A stretch of DNA of 64,000 bases, taken from NCBI RefSeq assembly GCF_006345805.1, contig NC_043001.1, positions 103,540,001-103,604,000 of the forward strand. The letters are read 5' to 3'. Each line of letters opens with the position of its first letter. Position 1 is the stretch's first letter. The notes beneath the pieces were generated by a model. That model was not told the origin of the DNA, searched no databases, and saw only the letters and a list, made by a program, of their open reading frames with translations. Below, one piece after another: positions 39,916 through 52,995 of the stretch. The DNA is from Octopus sinensis. Lineage: Eukaryota. A program made the translations under genes and the position numbers.

Positions 39916-41246
39916 CTTCTCTCTTACTCCCCTTCTCTTTCTGTCTCTTTCCATCTCTCTTTCGATATCTATTTCTAACACCTCATCTCTCTCATTATAT
40001 ATCCTTTTATCTCCATCCACTTCTCGTTTCAGTATCTCTCATCCTATTCATCTCCAACCACTTTGCTCTCTTTCCATTTTCCTCTATTTGCTCTCAAACG
40101 TGTCTTTATTTGTTTCATCTTCACTTCAGTTCCATTCATACATTTTTTCATTTGTTGTATTCTTTCGATTCCCATATTTCCTTCCGATCGTCTCCCTCTC
40201 TAACCCACTTCGTATATGTCTGAGTGGCTTTTATTTGAATCTCCGAGTTTGACAGGATTTAAAGTGTATAGTTAAACTTTTAATCTTTTCCCTGAATTAA
40301 CCAACACGTTCGCCTCATCGCAACTTGGTCTACTTTACCCAAAGCAAACATTCCTACGATGTCAATAATTACTTACTAAACGCACTTACTAAAATTGCCG
40401 ACTTATTATAAATTACACGGCCAAATCAATTTTTATCACGCAGAAAACAACAAATACAGTAAACAAACCAAGTGCAAAAAATACTGATATAAAAAAAAAC
40501 ATACATATTGACAAATCAACAAATTAATTAATCATTTTATTAACATGTTGAAATAGAGAATCAATCTCTTTAAACTGTGTAGATAGTATGAAAGAAGCAA
40601 AGGGCAACGCTTAATAATGTTTTAGACTCGCGATAAATTCCCTTGAACTCAATGTATGATTCAGGTCAAGATGGATTTAATTTGCCTTTACTAATTTAAT
40701 CACTCTTAGACCGATGTATTTTTATTTTTCTTCTCCAAACAGGGAGGATGATATTAATTTATATAAATAGTTAATGTCAGTCTGATATTTTAAACCTTTT
40801 CCTCGACTGAGAGGAATCATTTTAAAGTGGCGTATAACGGCTATGATATTAGATTTTAATATCAGAAATGTAATATAAGGAGGCTTAATGTATGTAGCGT
40901 AAACTCGTGAAACCGAAGCCACATGTGATGGTCAGCAGGAGACTGAATAGAATACTTCAATGAGTTCAATTATGGCGTGGAGTAAGAATCTTATCCTTTT
41001 GGATATTTACCCCTTCGTCTGAAAGAGTAACACAGGGAGAGAAAGATTGAAGGAGAGAGAGAGAGTCGAAGAGAGTGGGTGTATTGTCACAGGTCAATGA
41101 AAGAATTTAAACTGAAGAACCCACGTGACAATCACGTGGAGAGTGGAGGTGAAAGGCTGAGAAAAAGGAATGGGAAAATATCAGAACTCTGAGGTGTGAG
41201 GTAAACGAAGGGAGGTAAGTAAGGAGTTTGAAAAATAATTATAGAA

Positions 41247-41426
41247 AGGCGTAGGAGTGGATGTGTGGTAAGTAGCTTGCTTACCAGCCACATGGTTCCG
41301 GGTTCAGCCCCACTGCATGGCACCTTGGCCAAGTGTCCTCTACTATAGCCTCGGGCCGACCTAAGACTTTTGAGTGGATTTGTAGATAGAATCTGAAAGA
41401 AGCCCGTCGTATGTATATATGTATAC

Positions 41427-41470
<44 letters not shown>

Positions 41471-41476
41471 TATAGC

Positions 41477-41518
<42 letters not shown>

Positions 41519-41740
41519 CGTGTGTGGTGTGTATGTTGTTGTCTGTGTGTTGTCGTCGCCCCAACATCGCTTGACAACCGATGGTAGTGTGTTTACGTCA
41601 CCGTAACTTAGCGGTTCGGCAAAAAAGACCGAAAGAATAAGCACTAAGTCCAGGAGTCGATTTGCTCGACAAGAGGCGGTGCTCCAGCACGGCCACAGTC
41701 ACATGACTGGAACAAGTAAAAGAGTAAAAGAGAAAAAGAG
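41247..41740 (+). mobile_element. Full-length SINE family A
   Basis: Head, internal (TA)/(TG) tract and TAAAAGAG tail. Confidence 0.88.
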
Positions 41741-42111
41741 TTAATGTCTCAAGAACAGCAAATTTCAGTAAAGAAATGAAATATTAAAGTTTATTGATTT
41801 AGCAAGTCAGAATATAAAGATCATAGAAATATTGGAAATGTGTTGCAGATGTAATCAATAAATAAATTTAGGCATGTCGACATGATATAAGGATTAATAA
41901 GTCACAAAAACCAATAACATACTTTATGTTGGGTTGCCCCGAGGAAAATAACTAAGATTTCTGTCAGGGTTCATATCGGCGAATGTGAGAAATCGACACG
42001 TTTCTCCATACATCCAATTTGACTTGTAAGTAAGTGATAGCAATTGTTGTTTAGCCCAAGGTCAGCACTTATACGGAATACGGTCTAGATTTGATCATAC
42101 TGTCTTTTTAG

Positions 42112-42341
42112 ACATTATTTACATTTGACAGATATTTGTCCTCATCTTGTTTGTTGTTAACACAACGTTTCGGCTGATATACCCTCCAGCCCTCATCAGG
42201 TGTCTTGGGGAAATTAGGAATGAGAACCGAGGTTCGAAATTTCCCCAAGACACCTGATGAAGGCTGGAGGGTATATCAGCCGAAACGTTGTGTTACCAAC
42301 AAACAAGATGAGGACAAATATCCGTCAAATGTAAATAATGT
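42112..42341. mobile_element. Inverted-repeat (palindromic) Penelope-like terminal element carrying a hammerhead in each arm
   Basis: Arms 42112-42215 and 42238-42341 are near-perfect reverse complements separated by a 22-nt spacer. Confidence 0.8.
42249..42294 (+). ncRNA. Minimal type I hammerhead ribozyme (mirror copy on minus at 42159-42204)
   Basis: GACAC-CUGAUGA-A-GGCUG/CAGCC stem II-GAAA-C-GUU|GUGUU; palindromic AACGUU stem III. Confidence 0.7.
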
Positions 42342-44068
42342 AAATAATGTACATAATTCCTCATCTCTTAGATATAGAACTGTGTCTTTTTAGGCATTAC
42401 TAAGTTTATTATCTTTGTTCTTTCATTTTTAAGATGTTTGATTTTTCCTTTTCAAAAGGCTAAGTTACTACAGCTCGGTCCAAGACGGTCCTCAACATAT
42501 AAAAGAATTAAGAGCTTGGCCAAGTCTGCATTCTCTGTCTGCATCAGGTTTGCAAGGTTTATAAATTTTCGTCTACAAAGCCAATATACATAAAGAGAAA
42601 GAAGTTACGAAAATGGATCCATTCCTTTGCAACAATATTGATGGGAGATTCAAAGTGTTTCGGTCACGTGCCTTCACCGCGTTGTGCGACCGCTGTGATA
42701 AAACTTTGCCACTATGGATAGCGATGAAGGTGTACGGGTAGCAATATTTTTCTGCCTAAGAGAGTTTTTTTCTCATTTTAGCTTCTAAAGATTTGCATAC
42801 CAAATGGTGATCCATAGATACCTTGCTCCATATTAACGATGGTAGTTCCTAACTGAGGACAACATTGTACCCTGCGCCATGCCACATATATAAAGAGGAA
42901 TCGTATATTTGGTCATGTCGCTTTTTCTTAACTGTCAGGTCTGTTTCTCTGCTGTAGTCATTGTATAGATACGCCCTCCACCTCCAATCAGCCTTAATCT
43001 ATTTGACCAAACATCAGAACTGTTTCAGCCATTACATTTATATATCTTTATCGATATATAAGGCTCTATTATTTTTAAGAACCGGTTCACTCTGTCAGTT
43101 TGTTTATCATTTCTGATGGTGACCATACCCCAGGCGAGGCAGGACAGATGGACAACGGCTTGTAAATGAAAGTTAGCCTTCTTCTGTACTTATCATTGAC
43201 CAGAAACTAGAGAAACTCCAGCCGATGGGGGCAGCGGGTAATCCTCACATTGGCTCAACAAAATAAAATTACCATACATTCGCCATGTGGTTACTTCAGT
43301 GCTATAGATAAGGTGGATTAGGTTAGATTAGGTCTTTGTACTCTTTCATTTTGGTGAGTTTGTATTGTGGTAGAGCGAATGTATGTTACTTGAAGTGACC
43401 AGTAAGACATCGTTGAATTTTTCTTAATTAAAGAAGTTAGATAAGAAGAGTTTCTTCCACAGTATTCGGGCGAGTTTTCTTTAGATTTTCAAATAATACG
43501 ATCAAATTAATGATTTATGTAGAACCAAACAAATACAAACTTACTTTCAAATAGAAAAAGGTGACATAGATGTGAAGAACATAATCGGGGGGGATATCGA
43601 TGATAAATGATGATAGAGACATGTGAGTTATTTGCATTTGCAGCCATCTTTAGAAGAGAATTAAGATGGAAGCGGAGGAGTAAAAAGAGAAAACGTTTCA
43701 TATATTTAACAATTTTAAAGTTTCCATTAACGTCCGCTTTTTGCGACCGAAAATCGATAATGTTTCTACTTACTTGTAAACTTTACAGTCAACAGTCACC
43801 AAAAATTTATTGACATTCCCAAACAATTTCTGCAAAATAAAGAGAAAAAACGAAAAATATAGTCACAGTTGAGAAATGATTATCTAAACATTTTCAGAAA
43901 TCAAATTACAATATTCCTGCTACGCATATACATACATACATACATACACACACACTCACACACACTCACACACACACGTATATGTATATAGTAGATATAA
44001 ATAAAATATAAATATATACATATATACATATAATATACATACATTCATGCATATATAATGTATATATA

Positions 44069-44106
<38 letters not shown>

Positions 44107-44286
44107 GTATATTATATATATATATATATATACTATATATATAATAATATATTATATATATGTGTATATATATATATGTATATATGTATATAATTATATA
44201 TATATATGTATATATATATATATTCATATATATACATATATATAAATATACGTAATATATAATATTATATATACGTATATATATAT

Positions 44287-44319
<33 letters not shown>

Positions 44320-44385
44320 GCATATATATATATATATGCATATATATATTCATATATATACAATATATAAATATACGTATATATA

Positions 44386-44753
44386 TACTCTTTTACTCTT
44401 TTACTTGTTTCAGTCATTTGACTGCGGCCATGCTGGAGCACCACCTTTTAGTACTTATTCTATCGGTCTCTTTTGCCGAACCGCTAAGTGACGGGGCGAA
44501 ACACCCAGCATCGGTTGTCAAGCAATGCTAGGGGGACAAACACAAAACACAGACACACAAACACACACATATACATATATATACATATATACGACAGGCT
44601 TCTTTCAGTTCCTTCTACAAATCCACTCACAAGGCATTGGTCGGCCCGGGGCTATAGTAGAAGACACTTGCCCAAGATGCCACGCAGTGGGACTGGACCC
44701 GCAACCGTGTGGTTGGTTAGCAAGCTACTTACCACACAGCCACTCCTGCGCCT
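44386..44753 (-). mobile_element. Full-length SINE family A
   Basis: Homologous to 9421-9809. Confidence 0.88.
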
Positions 44754-44761
44754 ATAAATAT

Positions 44762-44805
44762 TATATATATTTCACATTTATGTGTTTACTCCGGTATATA
44801 TATAT

Positions 44806-44866
<61 letters not shown>

Positions 44867-45053
44867 GTGTGTGGTGTGTGCATGTATGTATGTATATGCA
44901 TCGGGTAGCTGCGTGGTAAGACGCTTGCTTCCCAACCACGTGGCACCGCAGGCAAGGGTCTTCTACAACACATCGGGCAGACTAAAGCCTTGTAAGAGAT
45001 TTTGGTAGACGGAAACTGGATAGAAGCTCGTCGTATATATATATATATATATA

Positions 45054-45091
<38 letters not shown>

Positions 45092-45139
45092 TATATAGAT
45101 ATACGTACATATATATATATATATATATAATATATATAT

Positions 45140-45184
<45 letters not shown>

Positions 45185-45226
45185 ATTACGTGTATATATA
45201 TATATACGTATATATATATATATATA

Positions 45227-45264
<38 letters not shown>

Positions 45265-45284
45265 ATATATATATATATATATAG

Positions 45285-45327
<43 letters not shown>

Positions 45328-45853
45328 CGTAATATATAGATATATATATACGTATATATTTATATATACGTATATATTATATATACATATATATATATAT
45401 ATATATGCATATATTATATATATGCTATATGATACTTGATAGGTTTCGGCCATTATTGGCCCAGGCCAGTCTACTTAATAGCACCACCTGGTGCTATATA
45501 TATACAAATATATATATATATATATATATGTATACGTATATATATATATATACGTATATATATATATATATACGTATATATATATATTATATATACGTAT
45601 ATATATATATATAAACGTATATATATATACGTATATATATATATATAATATAATAATATATATATATATATAATATATACGACGAGCTTCTATCAGTTTC
45701 CGTCTACCAAAATCTCCTTACAAGGCTTTAGTCTGCCCGATGTTGTTGTAGAAGACCCTTGCCTGCGGTGCCACGTGGTTGGGAAGCAAGCGTCTTACCA
45801 CGCAGCTACCCGATGCATATACATACATACATGCACACACACACACACACACA

Positions 45854-45906
<53 letters not shown>

Positions 45907-45945
45907 CCGGAGTAAACACATAAATGTGAAAAATATATATATATA
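44762..45945. repeat. Large inverted repeat (~270-bp arms including a SINE A head) around ~640 bp of (TA)n
   Basis: 44762-45040 is the reverse complement of ~45670-45945, including shared diagnostic deletions. Confidence 0.88.
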
Positions 45946-46012
45946 TATATTTATATGAATGTATATGAGTGTGCGCACTTGCTGTGTGTGTGTTTATATG
46001 TATTTATGCAAC

Positions 46013-46044
<32 letters not shown>

Positions 46045-46069
46045 ATTTGTATGTATGCATGTACGCAAG

Positions 46070-46104
<35 letters not shown>

Positions 46105-46487
46105 ATACATGCATGTAGGTATGTACATATGTAAGTTTGTGTGCGTGTGTGTATTGTGTGTACCTAACTGTAGCATGACAGTAGTAAGACCAGCTGATAG
46201 AACAGTCGGTAATAAAGCGGAAGAGAAATTTATCTTGACACGTCCTCAACTAAAGGCAACTATCATTTATGCATATTTAAATTGGACTTTTCATTCGAGA
46301 TATCTCAAGTTCCATTCCACTTAACACGTAGATGTTGTCATAAGCAAAACGAAATTTCTTTTTTAAAAATTTTTATTAAACAACTTTGTGATAAACGACC
46401 TCGTTTTTAGATGAATTAAGCGCTGTCATCTGAAGTATATGCCGGCTTGATATCTATCTTTGTACCCCTCTGTTCATCCATCCGTCC

Positions 46488-46539
<52 letters not shown>

Positions 46540-46772
46540 CTATCTATCTATCTATCTATCTATCTATATATATATATATATATATACGTACATACATTGT
46601 GTGTGTCTGTGTGTGTGTGCATGTTAGATTTGTGGATCTGGAAGAGTGGAGTCTAGGAGACTACAACTCTATCCAATAATGCACTATACATACATAAATA
46701 CATACATACATACGTACTACATAATTACATATATATATATAATATATATATATAGATATATATATGTGTGTG

Positions 46773-46803
<31 letters not shown>

Positions 46804-47002
46804 TGTGGTGTGTGTGTGTATACATATATATATATATATATATACACACATTGTTGTATTTCAGGATAGCCATTTTCTTTTGCCAAAGAAACACACGCAC
46901 TAAATATTTCTTCTTCACTCATTTATTCCTGTTCATTCGTCACACGTCTGTGACCTCTTCAGTGACACTTTTCGTTTCTGTGTGTATTCTTGCTCCACTT
47001 AC

Positions 47003-47351
47003 AGCATTCTGTTCTTCTAAGGTGTGTATCCTTGTGTGTGTGTGTCATAGTTTTTAGCAGCAGTGTGGCCTTCCCCTTAGCAGCCCCATTGTGCTGCTGC
47101 TGTTGTCCTAAGACCCGAGAAACATGGTCCCTTCTTCTGTATTCTTCTACGTGTGTGTGTTCGCCCACGGTGTTGCCATTGTGGTAGTTCTTGTTGTTGC
47201 CATTGTTGTCATCGCCGTTGCTGCTGTCATCGTTAATCGTGTTATTGACACTGTTATGGCCGCCCGGGAAATTTCTTGTGTGAGTGTATTATGTGCGCGC
47301 GTGTGTGTGGGTGTATATGCGTTCGCTTCGGTGCGGCAGAAGTATCGCCAT
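47003..47351 (-). other. Candidate first exon / promoter-proximal region of the minus-strand gene
   Basis: CAAAATGGCG (strong ATG context; YY1-like motif) at ~47346-47355; donor GCT|GTAAGT after 47003; frame open except one TAA at 47291-47289. Confidence 0.35.
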
Positions 47352-47529
47352 TTTGTATTCCAGTTTTATAGCTTCCAATTGAGTTTCTTTCTCATTTCCT
47401 AAAACTTCTACAATTTTTCCTATTAGTTTATCATTCGTTTCTTTAAGTAATGTGCTCAATAAAAAAATCACTTATAAACATTTATACACTATAAAAGTTA
47501 TTAAATGAAAATAGGGCGTTGCTTCTGCC

Positions 47530-47830
47530 GCATACTGTGTCAGTGGTTAGAGCGCCGAGCTTATGATCGTGAGGTTGTGAGTTCGATTCCCGGACCGGGC
47601 AGCGCATTATGTTCTTGAGCAAGACACTTTATTTCACGTTGCTCCAGTTAACTCAGCTGTAGACATGAGTTGCGACATCACTGGTGCCAAGCTGTATCGG
47701 CCCCTTTGCCTTTCCCTCGGATAACATCAGTGGTGTGGAGAGGTGAGGCTGGTATGCATGGGCGACTGCTGCCTTCCACAAACAAGCCCGGACATGTGCT
47801 CCGGAGGGTAACTTTCTAGGTCCAATACCA
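47530..47830 (+). mobile_element. tRNA-derived SINE (family D-related)
   Basis: GTCAGTGGTTAGAGCG...GAGTTCGATTCCC, then GTTCTTGAGCAAGACAC. Confidence 0.75.
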
Positions 47831-47885
47831 TGGCATCATGACCGAGGGTCTCTCTCTCTCTCTCTCTGTATATATCTATATATAT

Positions 47886-47928
<43 letters not shown>

Positions 47929-48646
47929 TATATTTATTTATTCTAAAAGCATGTATGTATGTATATATGTATGTCACGTATCTCTTTCCGGAACTCTGAT
48001 ATATTTATATATGTTTATGTATATTTGTATGTACGTATGTATGTATGTATGTATGTATGTATGTATGTATGTATGTATGTATGTATGTATGTATGTAGGA
48101 AAAGTACCCTGCTGAGTTGCCTTCTAGATATTAGTGCGTATGAAAATAATATGTAAATATAAATGTTGAAACGTTACCGGGCTTGGAATGTGTCATGTGA
48201 GCCAAGATAAACTTTATCACGACTGCAAACGGAAAGGAACAAAAACTAGCAAATATTTGAATATAAAATGTACTTCCCTGATGTGGTAGAATCCACTTAA
48301 CATATAATAAGTAATGTCGGTTGTGTAAATTCATCGGACAACAGATACCAAAAAGAAAAACAAAATGGACTCTTCAGAATTTTCACAACTATATTTGATG
48401 TATTTAAACATATAACAGTGCTTAAGCATACAAAAACAGCGATACATGTATGTATGTTGGTTTCTTGCTTTTACGCTAGAGTGTGTAAACTAGAAACATC
48501 CATATTTGATTAAGCCAAAAATGGCGAAGTCTCTTTATAGAGCAAATTTTGAACGTAATATTTTATGTATTACACAAACATGCACTTACGCATACATACA
48601 TACATACATACATACATACATACACACACACACATATTTATATATA

Positions 48647-48692
<46 letters not shown>

Positions 48693-48770
48693 ACAAACAC
48701 ACACACGCACACCAATAAATATACATAAATATATATTGCATTTATATGTATATATATTTACATAAGTATG

Positions 48771-48809
<39 letters not shown>

Positions 48810-49087
48810 ACAACAAAAATTGTATATATGCATATTGTATATATGCATATTGCATATTGTCTGCTAAAAATATATGTGCGTAAAGCTGATTATATTTATT
48901 TTATTAGAATTATTTTTTTCTTCTGAGCATGGAAGGAGAAAACAAGAAAATATGCCTTCTTGCTAGTTGGCAACGTTGAATTATATTTAAACTACAACCA
49001 TGTTTCGACTACAAATTACAACAACAGCAACGACAACAACTAGTAGTAGTAGTGGCAGCAGCAGCAGCAGCAGCAGTAGCAGTAGTG

Positions 49088-49149
<62 letters not shown>

Positions 49150-49369
49150 AAACTAAACGAATACTTTGGAGAAAAGAAATCTATGTGCATCTCGAGCAAT
49201 TTCTTAGTCGAAAGAGAAGGCACTTAAAATTATGAAGTCGACCATACTTACTATGGAGGCATTACTTAGAAAAATCTGAAAGCCTGCTGCTACTAATCAT
49301 TAATTATTTTTCAGCAGATATGTGAATTCATGTTTGTTCTGTAATATTTTTCTCATCGATTTTCAAATT

Positions 49370-49408
<39 letters not shown>

Positions 49409-49412
49409 AAAA

Positions 49413-49467
<55 letters not shown>

Positions 49468-49470
<3 letters not shown>

Positions 49471-50024
49471 GCCCTGATGCTGTATCAGGCAGTGGCCCTC
49501 ATGGCTTCTGGTCTTAACTAACTGGAAGTGTTATCATGTACATTGTTTTGTCTTGATATAAAAGATGGGCTACAGCAAATATTCTGCTCAATACCACAGA
49601 TTTGCTTGTCACTTGTTTGACCTTAACCAGTTGAGCATGTCCCTTAGTGGCTGACGATATGTGCATCTCTGATCACAAGCAGAAGTAGTGGGGCAGTATC
49701 ATAGCCGTTTACTGAGAGGAATTCTTTGGGGTTTGAATAATTCACCGCTGGAAACATAGGTGTTTCGTTCAACATCCTTAAGCAACCCTTATTCAGGGAC
49801 CTTTTGAGCGGGATGGTTACTCGACCTGAAGAAAATTCTAACTGGGCCCCACCTGCAAGGTCATGTGCTGTTTATCTCGATATGAGATCACCATGTTGTG
49901 CACATATGGTTGTGATGCATGTTCCTGGTGTACCCTTATCAGACGGGTAGTCGTGATGGGTATACTGGGCTTCGTATAATTGTGCCCCAGTGTCACTTTG
50001 ATGGCATGCGCTGCTTTCTCACAC
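49468..50024 (-). mobile_element. (ATT)n-embedded element, copy 3 (inverted)
   Basis: Reverse complement of 13213-13770; (AAT)n on both sides. Confidence 0.82.
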
Positions 50025-50028
50025 AATG

Positions 50029-50087
<59 letters not shown>

Positions 50088-50811
50088 CCTTACAAAACAT
50101 GAAGTACAAAGAGGGGTTACATAAAGTGTCGTGGGAAAAGTCAATAACAATGAAAGCTATAAGAAAGAAAATGCCTAAAGATGGCAAACAAGACTGGGCT
50201 ACTGATGGAGACCCCACGAGTCAAGGTTTGTATTTAAAATTTGACTCGGCAACATTGTATATAAATTCCCTACTGGGAATGACCAAGTTTAAAAATCTGC
50301 AGGATCTCACTCATAAAGGAATCTTACATTGCTTAGAAACTCTATATTGGAAGGACCCATTTTAAAAAACTCTGTTGGACTTGGATTACGTCAAAGGAAT
50401 TGGAATATATCATATATCCATTATGCCTATAAAACGGATTTACAACTCAATACCCATACATATCGTGCATCTATTTTCTTTCCTCCACCTCACTCTCTAT
50501 TTTGTATCACATCGAAACTAATTATGACTTAACTTTTCCTCTCACACCGTCTCCGATGAAGGGATATTGTTAATTAATATCTATAAATGATCTAATATCT
50601 ACACAGCCTTGGTTTTTTTTATCTTATTACGCAAAAAATTCTTATATACACACGCTGACATAAAACCAACGTTGAACCATTTATTCGTAAAATTACCGAA
50701 TCTGGAACTTAACTATGGTCTGTCTATAGCACTTATTCAGCATTACCTGACACCTTGGGTCTCAATGACACCATTATCTCTCACGCATATATATATATAT
50801 ATTATATATTA

Positions 50812-50881
<70 letters not shown>

Positions 50882-50894
50882 TTGTGGTGGGTGT

Positions 50895-50931
<37 letters not shown>

Positions 50932-50954
50932 ATGTATGTATATGCTTGTGCGTC

Positions 50955-51127
50955 TGGTTTGTCCCCCCACTATCGCTGACAACCGATGTTTGGAAGTTTA
51001 CGTTCCCGTACCTTAGCCGTTCGGCATTAGAGACCGAATAGAATAAGTACTAGGCTTACAAAAAAAAAAAAAAAAAAGTTTTGGGTCGATTTGTTTAAAT
51101 GACTGAAACAAGTAAAAGAATAAAAGA
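50955..51127 (+). mobile_element. SINE family A 3' half
   Basis: GACAACCGATG...GAATAAGTACTAGGCTTAC...GACTGAAACAAGTAAAAG. Confidence 0.75.
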
Positions 51128-51743
51128 CTAGCAGTAGAGAAGAGACTCAGAAAAGTTAGTTTATGAAGTCGGGAAATGCAACGGAAAAATTCTGACAATG
51201 AAAAGTGACAACCGACACATTGAGCAATCAACACTTTAGACAAACATTTCATTGTGTTGTTCGACGATAAAACAGAGAAGTGGTATTGAACCAGTGCGTG
51301 TGTTTATTCATATTTTTATTAGAGTAATGACCCTCTCAACGTGCAGTAAGATTTGTTTCAACACACGAATTTCACATCATGAATCTTGAAAACCAAAAAG
51401 AAAAGAAAAACGAAGCAGAAAAAGATTTAAATGCAATATAGAAAGGAAGTTGTAACTGATAATTTCATTAATTCTTTCAACACAATTTTTACGTAGAAGT
51501 TCGACTGAGTAACGTGAGAAGAATAATGATGAAGAACTTGTTTAACATTTTCACTTTTCTATTCTTTCCGCTTTTCTTTTATTTTCCTTTTTTTGTTTTT
51601 CGTAGTTTTAGGTTTCGTTTTGTTTTCTTATTTGTTGCGAAATTTTCAGAAAATTGTCTTAATTGAAAATACTGCTGCTGCTACTACTACCACCACCACC
51701 ACCACCACCACCACCACCACCACCACCACCACCACCACCACTA

Positions 51744-51784
<41 letters not shown>

Positions 51785-51999
51785 ATAATAATAATAATAA
51801 TAATAATATAATAATAACAACAACACGAACTGGATCTATTTTATGATTATATATTCCTCTCACATAATCTCTAGATAAACATATGTGGAAATCTAAATGC
51901 CTATGTACATGTATGTACATATACATATATATATATACACACATTTATGTATATACATTTATGTATGTATAGATAGATAAATAGTTAGATAAATAATTA

Positions 52000-52101
52000 A
52001 ATAAATAATTGGATAGATAGATATAGATAGATATAGACAGATAAATAAATAGATAAATTATTAGCTAGCTAGATGGATTGATAGATAAATAGATAGATAG
52101 G

Positions 52102-52168
<67 letters not shown>

Positions 52169-52255
52169 GGATATAGATAGATAGATGGATATAGATAGAT
52201 GGATATAGATAGATATATAGATAGATAGATAGATAGATAGATACATAGATAGTTG

Positions 52256-52308
<53 letters not shown>

Positions 52309-52560
52309 GTAGGTAGATAGATAGATGGATAGATAGATAGATGGGTGGATGGATAGATAGATCGATGGATAGATGATAGATGATAGATAGATGATAGATG
52401 ATATATATATATATATATAAATAGATTGATAGATAGATAGATGGATGGATGAATGGATTATTTGATAGAAACATACACAGTTGCGTGCATGCATGCATAC
52501 ATACATACATACATATGCATGTAGTATGTATGTATGTATGTATGTATGTATGAAAAGTTT
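52000..52560. repeat. (GATA)n/(GATG)n/(TACA)n microsatellite
   Basis: Directly visible. Confidence 0.97.
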
Positions 52561-52807
52561 ATGCACACTCATACATGTGTACATATGCTTATGTATATAT
52601 TGAAATATAATTATCCCCCTTATCCACACTCTTCTATTCAACTTCATGTATCTTGATGGCGCACTTTGATACTCTCTATCGTCATCACTATATATATGTG
52701 TGTGTGTGTTTGTTTCCAGCTTCACTCCAAATACTGCCACACACCTTTATAATAAGAATTAACTAAGTATGTCTCATGTCTACAAGAAATCTGCTTCCTG
52801 CCCCTTC

Positions 52808-52866
<59 letters not shown>

Positions 52867-52959
52867 CATATATATAGTTGAAATTTACAACAAAAGAAAA
52901 TACGAAGACAGGTGTATAAACAAGAAACAGGTGTATTTGACGTTCGGGAAACAGAAAGT

Positions 52960-52995
52960 CTTTTACGTTTCGAGCCCATGCTCTTCAACAGAAAG
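52960..52995 (-). ncRNA. Variant minimal hammerhead-like motif (CUGUUGA core) in a Penelope-like tail
   Basis: Minus strand: CUUU-CUGUUGA-A-GAGC(AUGG)GCUC-GAAA-C-GUA|AAAG. Confidence 0.5.

Noticed and set aside
42480-43420. Degenerate LINE reverse transcriptase (GMAQGTMLSS)
   Set aside because: Only one weak motif, with no supporting YADD-type motif found.
50550-50582. Hammerhead-like CCGATGAAGGGATA
   Set aside because: The core is mutated and truncated before GAAA. CTGATGA at ~8450 and ~62336 also lack a stem II-GAAA.
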